DNA of 62,673 nt from a virus. Its lineage: Duplodnaviria; Caudoviricetes. Each line of letters opens with the position of its first letter. Within the stretch, counting starts at the first letter, position 1. Under the pieces are notes generated by a model. That model had not been told where the DNA came from. It saw nothing but the letters and a program-made list of their open reading frames with translations, and did no database searches. The DNA lies in the IMG/VR virus record IMGVR_UViG_3300006751_000010, positions 1-62,673 of that record. One strand, given 5' to 3'. Made by a program: the position numbers and the translations under genes. Below, one piece after another: positions 19,062 to 28,857 of the stretch.

Positions 19062-20921
19062 TTATGTTATTTCACAACTACCACCAGCACACGCTAATTC
19101 ACCAGTTAAATCAGTATTGTCATCTGTTTCTACTATTTTTGATAAATCTACTTCTGTTAATGCTGTTAACATTTCTTTATATATTTCTTCTGTGCAATCT
19201 TCAAATGGAGCTTGTACATATGTTCCACCATTAAATGGTAATACAGACAATCCATTATAATGTTCTCTATTTTTCCACATCCATTCTCCAGCTAATTCCC
19301 AATCTTCTGTTTTTAATGAAATAGTTGCCGAAACATTATGAGTATTAGAACCTGTTCTGTGTCCTGATTTTACCCATTCATTTGCAATTAATTTTATTCT
19401 TTCTAATAATTGAAATGGAGACTCTGTTCTTAATATAGCACCCTTTGGAGCTTTTTGTGGAATAGATATTACCGCAGTATCATGTGGCCTAAAATATTCA
19501 TCTTCTATTAAAACTGGATGATTTTGTTTAAGATAATTATATATCGTTTCATTTTTTCCGACTCTAATTCTTCTAATATAAAAATCATTATGCCATGCAT
19601 GGATTCCAGATGAGGTTCCTAATGCTAACGAAGTAGTTCCTGCAGGTTTAACTGTAGTGCATCTTGCTGCTTTTCTAATTCCTATCAGTTTTGCTACTCT
19701 GCTATTTTCTCGCTTTACTACATCTGCTGCTTTTTGCATATCATATCCTAATACAGCTCCAGAACCAATACCGGTCATCGATACTCCTATTAAAGCATCC
19801 TTTTCTGTTGTTTCTCTCCAAATTTCTCGTAAATAATGAAAATTAGTATATCCTGCTTGAAGTGTACCGATAAATGCAGCTGCTTTAACTCTTTTATTAA
19901 ATTCATCTTGTGAATCAATATCAGATGCATTTACTTCACATAAATTACAAAATTGATAAGGCCTCAATGCAATTTCACAACAAGGATTAGTTCCCCAATC
20001 TTTATCATTATTAAAATATATTCCAGGTTCTCCAGCTCCAGATAATTCAACACGTTTCCACAATTCCATAAAGAATTTTTTAGTAATTTTATGTCTCATT
20101 AATACAGCTGAATTATTTGCTCGGCCTCTTTGTGGATTAGTTTCCCACCAGTTACCCGATTTGCAAGATATCATTTCTCCGTCGTCGGCACTAAATAAAC
20201 TTATTAATGCAGCTCTTCTTATTCCTCCGGCTAATACTGCATCTGCAATATAACAAATAATATCATGTGTTTCTAATGTAGTTAAACATTCCCCATCTCC
20301 TTTTTCTTCAAGTATTCCAGCAATTTTAAGAATGCATTCTTTTAATGGTTGAGGGCCTGGAGCTTTTCCTCCGGATGTTACTAATTGTGCTCCTTTGGGT
20401 CTTATATCAGAAAAATCAAAATCAATCCTACTTCCTCCACCATTCATATATGATTTCATAAGTACTTTTACTGCATCAGCCCAACCTTCAATTGAATCTC
20501 CAACTAAGAATCGTTTTTTTCTTTTTGGGTATGGCTTTCTAATAGGAGGTAATTTTGCTACATGATGTTTTTGCACTGAATATCCTACACCAGTGCCTCC
20601 TAATAATAAAAACATTGTTTCACTAAATGAGTCGATATGATCAATTGGTAGATATGCACAATTATATACTCTATTAGGAGATATTTCAATTGGTTTACCA
20701 CCAAATTGTAAACTTCTCATTGACGGTAAAACTTTTTTATCATAAACAAATTTATATACTTCATTAATTTCATCTTTCAATTTAGGATATGTTTTGAGAT
20801 GCATTTTTTTGTTTCGAGTTACTAATTCTTCCCATGTTTCCCTCCTATTTAATTCTGGTATATATTTTGCATACTTCATATATACTGTTATGTCTGATAA
20901 AATTTTGTTTGAAATATTCAT
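19062..20921 (-). CDS. nrdJ: class II (adenosylcobalamin-dependent) ribonucleotide reductase
   Basis: PSMRSL, YNCA, GGTGVG, TNPCCEI (thiyl Cys), VKPAGT, C-terminal CAGGSCE; no small subunit adjacent. Confidence 0.9.
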   Translation of the reverse strand: MNISNKILSDITVYMKYAKYIPELNRRETWEELVTRNKKMHLKTYPKLKDEINEVYKFVYDKKVLPSMRSLQFGGKPIEISPNRVYNCAYLPIDHIDSFSETMFLLLGGTGVGYSVQKHHVAKLPPIRKPYPKRKKRFLVGDSIEGWADAVKVLMKSYMNGGGSRIDFDFSDIRPKGAQLVTSGGKAPGPQPLKECILKIAGILEEKGDGECLTTLETHDIICYIADAVLAGGIRRAALISLFSADDGEMISCKSGNWWETNPQRGRANNSAVLMRHKITKKFFMELWKRVELSGAGEPGIYFNNDKDWGTNPCCEIALRPYQFCNLCEVNASDIDSQDEFNKRVKAAAFIGTLQAGYTNFHYLREIWRETTEKDALIGVSMTGIGSGAVLGYDMQKAADVVKRENSRVAKLIGIRKAARCTTVKPAGTTSLALGTSSGIHAWHNDFYIRRIRVGKNETIYNYLKQNHPVLIEDEYFRPHDTAVISIPQKAPKGAILRTESPFQLLERIKLIANEWVKSGHRTGSNTHNVSATISLKTEDWELAGEWMWKNREHYNGLSVLPFNGGTYVQAPFEDCTEEIYKEMLTALTEVDLSKIVETDDNTDLTGELACAGGSCEIT

Positions 20922-20997
20922 TTATGACTCCTTTAATATTTTTAGATAAAAAATGGCCCGGAGTTTTTTCGCAGGCCTTCTATTATATATATGTTAA

Positions 20998-22353
20998 TTA
21001 TCCTAAACTTCCGCCAAGATCTTTAAATTTTTGTGCTAAATTTTTCTTAATCATAGACTCACCCGTTTTCATTATTTGGGTCGTTTGCTTACCTTGTGTT
21101 GTTTGTGGCTCGAAGAATTGAAATTGTCCATTATTTGTGTTAATTTTACTAGGCAATGTAATACCATCCGGGCCGAATCTATTTTTTATTACATGGCCCC
21201 GACCAGTGCCAGAGAGCTTATCTTCAACTTTTCTTGAAAGTGACATTAAAAAGTCAGAAACCATTACTTTTCCATATGATGCTGCAATCTTATCTGCTTC
21301 AATAATATCATCTTCTAAACTAGATCTTCCTGCTTGTGATGCAGTCCAAACTGGTATTTCATATTCACCAGCCATGCCCCTAAGATCTTCATATAACTCT
21401 TCTAATGCTTCATGTTTATCTTTTTTATTATTTACTTTCAATAAATCTGCATAATCTACAATAACTAGATCCGGGGTTTTTCCTAACATTGCACTTTTTT
21501 CAATATGAGCTTTTATTCCCATTACACCAGTAGATTTTGTTGGATAATATTTTATTACTAATTCTCCTGAAATAGTTTTCATTTTTTCTTCTATATCTTC
21601 TTGATAATTTTTTAGATTTTGTGCTGGTATTCCTGTTAATACTGAATCATATCTTTGTCCTACATAATTCTGATTAAGTTCTAATGTATAATGAATTACT
21701 GTTTTGCCGGCTTTGACTGCATGAGCTCCTATATTAATAAGCAACCATGATTTACCAATGCCGGCCGGTGCCATTACTACTCCTAATTCCCCAGGAGCTA
21801 AACCACCATCCATTAAATCATCAATAACATCCCAACCGGTTGTGATTGTATGTCGGGCTGCTTCATTATATCGAATATCTACTTGATCTTTATATTCTAA
21901 CCCAACATCTGTGTCGGCGCCGGCTTTCATAGCCGAATCGATATTAGATTTAATTTCATCATAGTTACCCATTTTTAATAAAGCAACTGATTCCATTATA
22001 GCTCGTTTAATTTCTTGATTTTTACAAAAATTAAGTATTTCTGCTTTTACAAAAGACAAATCTTCCGAATCCATATACCGGAATACATCTTTTAATTGTT
22101 CTAATATTGCAGTTTTAAAAACATCATTATCAATTTCTGTTATTTTTACTTTTAAAACGTCTTTAGTAGGTGGTGTTTTATATTCTCGAAAATGAGCTAA
22201 TGAAGTTTCTAATAGCCAACTATTAGCATCGGATTCAAAATATTCTGGTTGGATTATATCTGCTATTTGTTGTAGAAATAATCTATCAGTAAATAATGCA
22301 GCTATAACTTTAACTTGGAACCCCCAACCATACTCACTTAACTTATCCGTCAT
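20998..22353 (-). CDS. DnaB/gp41-like replicative helicase
   Basis: APAGIGKS Walker A, TLE, IVDYADLL, WTASQ, KNRFG. Confidence 0.93.
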   Translation of the reverse strand: MTDKLSEYGWGFQVKVIAALFTDRLFLQQIADIIQPEYFESDANSWLLETSLAHFREYKTPPTKDVLKVKITEIDNDVFKTAILEQLKDVFRYMDSEDLSFVKAEILNFCKNQEIKRAIMESVALLKMGNYDEIKSNIDSAMKAGADTDVGLEYKDQVDIRYNEAARHTITTGWDVIDDLMDGGLAPGELGVVMAPAGIGKSWLLINIGAHAVKAGKTVIHYTLELNQNYVGQRYDSVLTGIPAQNLKNYQEDIEEKMKTISGELVIKYYPTKSTGVMGIKAHIEKSAMLGKTPDLVIVDYADLLKVNNKKDKHEALEELYEDLRGMAGEYEIPVWTASQAGRSSLEDDIIEADKIAASYGKVMVSDFLMSLSRKVEDKLSGTGRGHVIKNRFGPDGITLPSKINTNNGQFQFFEPQTTQGKQTTQIMKTGESMIKKNLAQKFKDLGGSLG

Positions 22354-22359
22354 GTAAAA

Positions 22360-22388
22360 ATTATATTAAAAATATATTATAAATCAAA
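22360..22388 (-). promoter_or_regulatory. early/middle-type promoter TTTGAT-N17-TATAAT (helicase)
   Basis: Same architecture before folE and SSB. Confidence 0.55.
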
Positions 22389-22389
22389 A

Positions 22390-23442
22390 TTAATGTGTCT
22401 GTTTTGCAAATGCACTCAATGAAAGCCAGGTATTAGTTAACCAATCTGGTAAATTTTTCATTACACTCCACATTTTATCTTCATAGAATAATCTTTGAAA
22501 TTCTTTTCTATCAAGCATTGGCACAGGTTGTGCCATTATCCCTCTAATTTTAGAACTAGTTGCTGCAGGAATATTTAATAATTTTATATTCATTAAACGA
22601 TAATTTTGTTCTATCGTATCAAAGTTATCTAGTATTTTTTGATATGTTTTAGATTCATTTAAACTAGATTTGCTTTTCTCTTGTAATTCGTCTAATGTAT
22701 AACATTTGTCTGCAGAAAGTTCTGGTAAATGTTTTTGTATCGTTTTTGGACCGATTCCAGATACACCTGGTATATTATCAGACTTATCTCCTGTAAATGA
22801 TCTATATAATACCATATTATTAGGATGTATATTAAATTCGTCTAATACCATTTGGGTATCATACATTTTCTTTTTAATAGGAGACCAGACTTGAATTTTA
22901 TCATCAATTAATTGATAAAAATCTCTATCGGTTGATACTATAGTAATCTTTTTACTTTTATCATGATATTGATCTGCAATATATGCAATAGTATCATCTG
23001 CTTCAATACCATCCATAGCTAAAAATGTAACTGGTAAACAATCTAAATATGAAACTAATCTGCTAAATTGAAACCGCATTGCTACTTGTTCATCTTCTAT
23101 TGTAGTAAAATGATGATCATGTCTTCGTAACTTTGTTTTATTGGCTCGATTTGCTTTATAATCTTTATAAATAGTTTTTCTTCGAGCAGAACCTCTTTGT
23201 CCGTCAAATGCTATAACACATCTAGATGGTTTAAAATCTCTAACTGTTTTTCCTATAGAATATAAAAATCCAGTTATACCACCTATATGGTCACCATCTT
23301 CATTATATGCTGGGGTTGCTCCGAAGCTACGAATGAAAGTGTTAAGTCCGTCAAAGATAATTATATGATCATCTGGTGCTGACGGACCTAAACTCTTTTC
23401 GTTTTGTAACTCATTGAATAGTTGTTGGAATCTATTCTTCAT
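22390..23442 (-). CDS. RNase H / 5'-3' exonuclease (FEN-like, T4 rnh-type)
   Basis: DGLN, FDG, YKANR, EADD, STDRDFYQ, GDKSDNIPGVSGIGPKT. Confidence 0.93.
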   Translation of the reverse strand: MKNRFQQLFNELQNEKSLGPSAPDDHIIIFDGLNTFIRSFGATPAYNEDGDHIGGITGFLYSIGKTVRDFKPSRCVIAFDGQRGSARRKTIYKDYKANRANKTKLRRHDHHFTTIEDEQVAMRFQFSRLVSYLDCLPVTFLAMDGIEADDTIAYIADQYHDKSKKITIVSTDRDFYQLIDDKIQVWSPIKKKMYDTQMVLDEFNIHPNNMVLYRSFTGDKSDNIPGVSGIGPKTIQKHLPELSADKCYTLDELQEKSKSSLNESKTYQKILDNFDTIEQNYRLMNIKLLNIPAATSSKIRGIMAQPVPMLDRKEFQRLFYEDKMWSVMKNLPDWLTNTWLSLSAFAKQTH

Positions 23443-24592
23443 TTATAACATTTTCGTCAATTACTACATCATCTATACCTCCATCGATGCCGGCTTGATA
23501 TTTGAAAATATAAGCATCACATATACGTTGATATAATCTTTGTTTTGTTTCTGGAATATTAATTACTTTTTCTAGAAAGTCTTTTGATTGAAATTTTATT
23601 TCAGAAAAAACTTCTCCAGTTAATGGATCTACATCTTCAAGCGTATACCATGCACCTGATTGTTTTACTATATCAAATGTTTTCATAACAGACAACCAAC
23701 CACCATAATTATCAATACCGCTATCATAATAAATTTCATAATTTATTTTTCTATGCGGAGGACCCATACGATTTTTTACTACTTGCACACTTGTTTTATT
23801 ACCAACCACTTGTTCGACTTTATTAACTTTAGCTTTGATTTGGCCTAGGTTTTTTAAACGAAGTCTAACTGATGCATGGAATGGAATTGCTTTGCCACCT
23901 GCTGTCGTCCAAGGGTCACCAAATGATACACCCATTTTTGTACGAAGTTGATTAGTAAATATAAGACAAATTCGTTCTCTTGCAATCCAATTGGTAACTT
24001 TACGCATTGCTTTAGAAAGGATAATAGATTTGGAAGTTGCATATCCATCTTTATCATATTCCATTGACATCTCAATTTTTGTAGATGCCCCCATAATAGA
24101 ATCGACTACTATAGTTACTAATCTATCTTTATCAGATTTTCTAACACCTTCAACGATAGTTTCAATAGTTTCAAATATTTCTTCTACTGTTTCTAATGGA
24201 ACATATAACATTTTTTTGAGATCTACTCCAATAGCAGTTAGAAACTCAGAACTAGTTGCAGACTCTGTGTCTATATAAACAGCTAGGCCTCCTTTTTTCT
24301 GAGTTTCTGCTAATGTATGTGCAGCTAATAAAGATTTACCAGAAGCTTCAAGACCAGTAATTTCTGTAATTCTTCCTACTGGAAATCCTCCCATGGGTTT
24401 ATTTGAAATTGCTAGATCTAGCATGGAACATCCAGAAGATATCCATTCATGAACATTTGTAGGAGCATCTAAATCTCCATCCAAAAAATAAGCTGTCTTA
24501 AGAGCTTGTCCTTTAAATTGTTTGTTAATGCTTTCTGCTAACACTGTAGCTAAGCCGTCCTCGACTTCCTGTTTACTTTTAGCTTTCGCCAT
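23432..24592 (-). CDS. recA: RecA/UvsX recombinase
   Basis: GRITEITGLEASGKS, YIDTE, VVDS, FTNQLR, GGKAIPFHASVRL, KNRMGPP. Confidence 0.95.
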   Translation of the reverse strand: MAKAKSKQEVEDGLATVLAESINKQFKGQALKTAYFLDGDLDAPTNVHEWISSGCSMLDLAISNKPMGGFPVGRITEITGLEASGKSLLAAHTLAETQKKGGLAVYIDTESATSSEFLTAIGVDLKKMLYVPLETVEEIFETIETIVEGVRKSDKDRLVTIVVDSIMGASTKIEMSMEYDKDGYATSKSIILSKAMRKVTNWIARERICLIFTNQLRTKMGVSFGDPWTTAGGKAIPFHASVRLRLKNLGQIKAKVNKVEQVVGNKTSVQVVKNRMGPPHRKINYEIYYDSGIDNYGGWLSVMKTFDIVKQSGAWYTLEDVDPLTGEVFSEIKFQSKDFLEKVINIPETKQRLYQRICDAYIFKYQAGIDGGIDDVVIDENVINEE

Positions 24593-24600
24593 AATACTCC

Positions 24601-25371
24601 TTATGAATTAAATAAATCGTCAAATGCAGCCGATACGTCTGCTTTCTTTTCTGTTACCGGTTCATTTTTAGAATCGGTTGTTGTGGTAGCTTTTTTTTCT
24701 GTTGTGGTTACATCAGAATCAGCACCATCTGGATTCATCCATTCTTTAAGAGTAGTCTCAAGTTCTTCGTAAGTTGGTTCTGGAAATATATCAGTTATTT
24801 TAGCCTGATTCATAATTTTCTTTGCAACGTCTTTATCTTCTGTTGCTGCAGATGTATTTGGCTTAACACGAATAGAAGTTTTAGGATATCCTCCACCCTC
24901 TGCTGGTGTAAATTCTACATCTATATCACGACCATTCATTAAGTCTGTAATATCGCCATAATCTGGATCAGAAATAATAGATAATAATTCTGCATAAATG
25001 GTTTTACCAAACCCCCAGAATTTTGGTCCTTCTGATTCTTTACCTCTAACAATAACCGGGACATATGTCCTCATTTTCGGCTCGATTTTTCTTCCCATTA
25101 GCCATTCGTCTTTATCTCCAGTTTTCTTAAGTTTTTCTGCAAACTCTACTACTGGATCTGCGTTACCAAAAGTGATAGGCGAAAGCATACTACGCTTTGC
25201 TATATCATAATGGAAATACATTTCTAAAAATGGGTTTTCTTTGCGATGCACGTAAGGTACAATTCGAACTCTTTGCTTGCCTGGTTCAGGTTTCCAAAGA
25301 TTGTTTCTCTTTTCGTCGGTTTTGTTTAATTGGTTAAGTTTTGCCTTGATGGCGTTTAAATCTAAACTCAT
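24601..25371 (-). CDS. single-stranded DNA-binding protein (gp32-like)
   Basis: LWKP, RIVP, FHY, WGFGK, YGDITD..GRD, acidic tail AFDDLFNS; adjacent to recA. Confidence 0.8.
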   Translation of the reverse strand: MSLDLNAIKAKLNQLNKTDEKRNNLWKPEPGKQRVRIVPYVHRKENPFLEMYFHYDIAKRSMLSPITFGNADPVVEFAEKLKKTGDKDEWLMGRKIEPKMRTYVPVIVRGKESEGPKFWGFGKTIYAELLSIISDPDYGDITDLMNGRDIDVEFTPAEGGGYPKTSIRVKPNTSAATEDKDVAKKIMNQAKITDIFPEPTYEELETTLKEWMNPDGADSDVTTTEKKATTTTDSKNEPVTEKKADVSAAFDDLFNS

Positions 25372-25413
25372 AGTTTATTCCTTTAATTGTTTATTTATTT
25401 ATTTATTAATTAT

Positions 25414-25442
25414 ATTATAGATATTTAAATCTTTAATTCAAA
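25414..25442 (-). promoter_or_regulatory. early/middle-type promoter TTTGAA-N17-TATAAT (SSB)
   Basis: Same architecture before folE and helicase. Confidence 0.55.
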
Positions 25443-25475
25443 GTTTATTAGTTAATTTTTTTATATAAATATAGT

Positions 25476-25859
25476 TTAAAATGATATTCTTGTAAAATAT
25501 TTTAATGCAACAATTTTATATCCTGGGTTGGCAGTTAATATAAAAGAATTTTCATATTTGGGCCAATATAATTGAAAACTTTTGTCTAACACCCCATTAT
25601 TTTGTTCTATGATTATTTCATTTAGAGCATTAACGGTATATAGAGTATTTGTTTCTTTTTTTCTATGTATCGATATTGTATTTTTACCTCTGAAGCCGGT
25701 ATCTTCTGCATTATATGTGCAATATAATTCATGTTGTTTATTTGCATTTTCAAATACAAATATCCGGTTTTCTGGTATAGTAAAGTTTTGTTTGATATAT
25801 TCTATTACGATATCAAGATTATTTCGATGTGCAAATGTGCACAATAGTTGTGTTTTCAA
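25476..25859 (-). CDS. hypothetical protein
   Basis: 127-aa ORF tiling on the coding strand. Confidence 0.6.
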   Translation of the reverse strand: MKTQLLCTFAHRNNLDIVIEYIKQNFTIPENRIFVFENANKQHELYCTYNAEDTGFRGKNTISIHRKKETNTLYTVNALNEIIIEQNNGVLDKSFQLYWPKYENSFILTANPGYKIVALKYFTRISF

Positions 25860-25864
25860 ATCTA

Positions 25865-27148
25865 CTACCTTTGTTCTATAATCTTTATACCGCCTTGACT
25901 GATGCCGGCGAATTTAAAATCAGATAATACTTTAATCCCGTCTGGTCTAAATAATATAAATGGAATTTCGTCGCCTATTATATCATTTACGGAGTTTTGT
26001 AAATCTACTGTTAATTGTTGTGGGTTTCGTATATATTCTAATCTACGTAATCTAGTAATTATTTGATCTATACCAGCAGTACCTATTACTTTAACATTTA
26101 ATGTTTCTATATCTTCATAAACATCAGTGGATGGTACGTCGACTGCTAAACTAACTGGTTTTTGATTAGGGCCACGTAAAATCATCATATCATATGATTC
26201 TTTGGTTGATGTAGCTATAGAAGCTAATGAATCATATGCTTTTATAAATGCTGGTAAATCTTTACTTTTATTAAATTCGCCAGTTGGTATAAAATCAAAT
26301 CTAGTTCGTCCATCACTACTAGGCTTATTTAAATAATTAATAAAATCTTTTACGCCTTTATTATCAGGTTGATTTATCCAATCTATTCCATTATCTGTTT
26401 CTAACAATTGTTTCATTAATTCTAATGTAGGAAGTATTTGTGTTCTCCACCAATTTTGTTTTGTAATTACTCCTTTTACTCCTAAACGAATTGCAGATGA
26501 TTTTGATGTTCTATAATCCTTTACTTCAAATTTTGTTTTGCCGGCATATGGACCTTCTTTTTCTGACGCACTAGGCGGAACTGTTAAATCATAACTCTCT
26601 CCTCCTCCACTTACTTTAGCGCCCCGAATTAATGCTGATAAATAAATTTCTCCTCTTCCTAACCCTTTTGGCTCCAATTGTACTAATTTTGCTGCTACTC
26701 CTTCATCAAACTTTAAATTATCTAATGCATCTATAGACGTTTCTGTATATAACAATTTAGAAAATTCTATCATTTCTGATTCAGTTATATTATCAAAAAA
26801 TCGTTGTAATGCTTCTATTGACGCGCCTTTTGGTAATAATTCTAAAAATTGATTAAAATCATTTTGTTTTCCGGCGGCGTTTATAATTTCAATAAATTCC
26901 GGATGTAAATTAAAATCTCCTTGATGTATTCTAGCTGGAGCTTGTTCTGAATTTGGGTCTAACTCATTATCTGGTTTAGCTTCTGTTATTCCTTTTGATT
27001 GATTAACAATAGTATTAATAACTGGTCGTTCAAAATCAGTCAGTTCTGTTAATACATCTCGCAACACTTCATAATCTGAATCTGTTTTGGGATATCCTGA
27101 ATCTAAACGATACGTCCATTCAGTTAAAATTTTATGCATATCTGTCAT
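25865..27148 (-). CDS. hypothetical protein, possible PD-(D/E)xK nuclease domain
   Basis: GRGE...SYDL...FEVK arrangement; late-type motif upstream. Confidence 0.45.
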   Translation of the reverse strand: MTDMHKILTEWTYRLDSGYPKTDSDYEVLRDVLTELTDFERPVINTIVNQSKGITEAKPDNELDPNSEQAPARIHQGDFNLHPEFIEIINAAGKQNDFNQFLELLPKGASIEALQRFFDNITESEMIEFSKLLYTETSIDALDNLKFDEGVAAKLVQLEPKGLGRGEIYLSALIRGAKVSGGGESYDLTVPPSASEKEGPYAGKTKFEVKDYRTSKSSAIRLGVKGVITKQNWWRTQILPTLELMKQLLETDNGIDWINQPDNKGVKDFINYLNKPSSDGRTRFDFIPTGEFNKSKDLPAFIKAYDSLASIATSTKESYDMMILRGPNQKPVSLAVDVPSTDVYEDIETLNVKVIGTAGIDQIITRLRRLEYIRNPQQLTVDLQNSVNDIIGDEIPFILFRPDGIKVLSDFKFAGISQGGIKIIEQR

Positions 27149-28467
27149 AACAATATAGTTTTCATTTTACTATAAATATTTCCTACTTTACATTTAACCG
27201 GGAAATTTCCAGATTCTAACGAATTTTTAATATCAGGAAGCACGTATTTAGCTTCTGATATAGGAACATCAAATAAAATAGAGTCATATGTATATAATAT
27301 CATACACGTTTTACGACCGATTAATATGTCTTGAACTTTATCTAATTTTTGCACAGATACTTCTGTTTCTACTGCCTGTAAATAATAATTAAATAATTTA
27401 TTTGCAGTCATATTTTTTAAAAAGTCTGAACTAAGACGTCTTTTTAATATTGGGGTTTCTATATACTTTTGCCGCTTCCATTTATCCCACAATTCATATA
27501 TCATCGAATTTACTTGTTTAAAAAATGGAATTGATAAAAATTCTTTGTCTATATTACCATATAATAGTCTAAATGTTATTTGTTTGCTTTTTTCATATTG
27601 TTCTTTAGTTAATGTTTCTACACCAAAATAAAATTTACCAAAATATTCATGTATAGATCCATGTGGTAATTTATATCCTATTAATCTTGCAATAAGCCGT
27701 ACATGATATGCATCAAAATCCATTTCAACTAAAGCACCATCTTTAAATCTGCTACAAAATGCATCTCTAGTGCCATCTGTTTTGTTCATTGCTGCAAAAT
27801 TAAAGCCTCTGAAAGCATTTGACGGTCTTCCTGTTGCTGTATGATAATGATATTGAGAATAAACATAATCATTATTTATTAATTCAGGCAATTTAAACGA
27901 ATTTGTTACTTTTAATCCATTTTGTTCTATATCAGCAAATACTTTAGGATATATGCTATTGAATTGTTTATATGAATCTGATAATTTTGAGTTTATTATC
28001 ATTGGCCATGCATATTTTCTTATCTTTTGACACATAGACAAATGTTGTTGCATTGGAACTATACCATTTACTTGTGGTAAATTAGAATGTCTGCGCCAAT
28101 AAAATTCATGAGCTGGTGTGGGATAATGTGATTCTTCATATGACTCTCCATAGGTGTACCACCACAATGTTTTTACATCCCATACAGCATCATTTCCACC
28201 TATTTGTAGCCATTTCTTTTTGTCATGAACAAAGATGTCTTTTAGTTGGAGAAAGTCGTGTATATACTTGCGAAAGCCCCTTACTTGCTCTGTATGATGT
28301 ATTGGAATTATAACTTCTATATCATTTTCTGAATATATGTATATTGCGGATAAATTTGATGTAGATACATGGTGTTGAGAATTACAGAATATAGGTACTA
28401 ATAAAGTTTTTTTATTTTGTATATCTTGCAATATTGCAGTAACTTCTTCGTTATGATCCAGTATCAT
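27145..28467 (-). CDS. divergent family A DNA polymerase-like protein
   Basis: TATGRPS, motif A DFDAYHVR, motif B SKQITFRLLYG, FNYYLQA, motif C TYDSILFD. Confidence 0.8.
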   Translation of the reverse strand: MILDHNEEVTAILQDIQNKKTLLVPIFCNSQHHVSTSNLSAIYIYSENDIEVIIPIHHTEQVRGFRKYIHDFLQLKDIFVHDKKKWLQIGGNDAVWDVKTLWWYTYGESYEESHYPTPAHEFYWRRHSNLPQVNGIVPMQQHLSMCQKIRKYAWPMIINSKLSDSYKQFNSIYPKVFADIEQNGLKVTNSFKLPELINNDYVYSQYHYHTATGRPSNAFRGFNFAAMNKTDGTRDAFCSRFKDGALVEMDFDAYHVRLIARLIGYKLPHGSIHEYFGKFYFGVETLTKEQYEKSKQITFRLLYGNIDKEFLSIPFFKQVNSMIYELWDKWKRQKYIETPILKRRLSSDFLKNMTANKLFNYYLQAVETEVSVQKLDKVQDILIGRKTCMILYTYDSILFDVPISEAKYVLPDIKNSLESGNFPVKCKVGNIYSKMKTILL

Positions 28468-28490
28468 ATATTAATAATAAGAAAAAAAAG

Positions 28491-28838
28491 TTAAATAGCC
28501 GAATCATTTATATCAGGCGGAACTATAATTAAACGTTCTAATAGAATATTATTATTTATAGTTTGGTCATCAGCTGATTCTTTTAATGCGTTATTTTTAA
28601 TAGGAATTTTTATTTTAGGTTTTAATTTTTTATATTCTATTGAATTCGCTTCGAGTTTAATAAAGGATTCTAATTTTTTTGATTTTCCTGTAATATATAT
28701 TTTGCCAGTATATGCTTGACCATTTGATTGTATATTGTAAAATCCTTTATATTCTATATTTTTTAACATAAATTGCTTGCCAAAACTATATAAGTTTTTA
28801 TAATTTTTACTTGTCGTTGTATATAAATCGTTTAACAT
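28491..28838 (-). CDS. hypothetical protein
   Basis: 115 aa with a YKGFY..GQAYTG motif, following the baseplate genes. Confidence 0.5.
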   Translation of the reverse strand: MLNDLYTTTSKNYKNLYSFGKQFMLKNIEYKGFYNIQSNGQAYTGKIYITGKSKKLESFIKLEANSIEYKKLKPKIKIPIKNNALKESADDQTINNNILLERLIIVPPDINDSAI

Positions 28839-28857
28839 AATTTTATTATTATTTTAT

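Noticed and set aside
20922-20997. GC-rich element upstream of nrdJ as a cobalamin riboswitch
   Set aside because: The gap is only about 75 nt with no B12 box; the imperfect GGCC stem plus T-run is at most a weak terminator.
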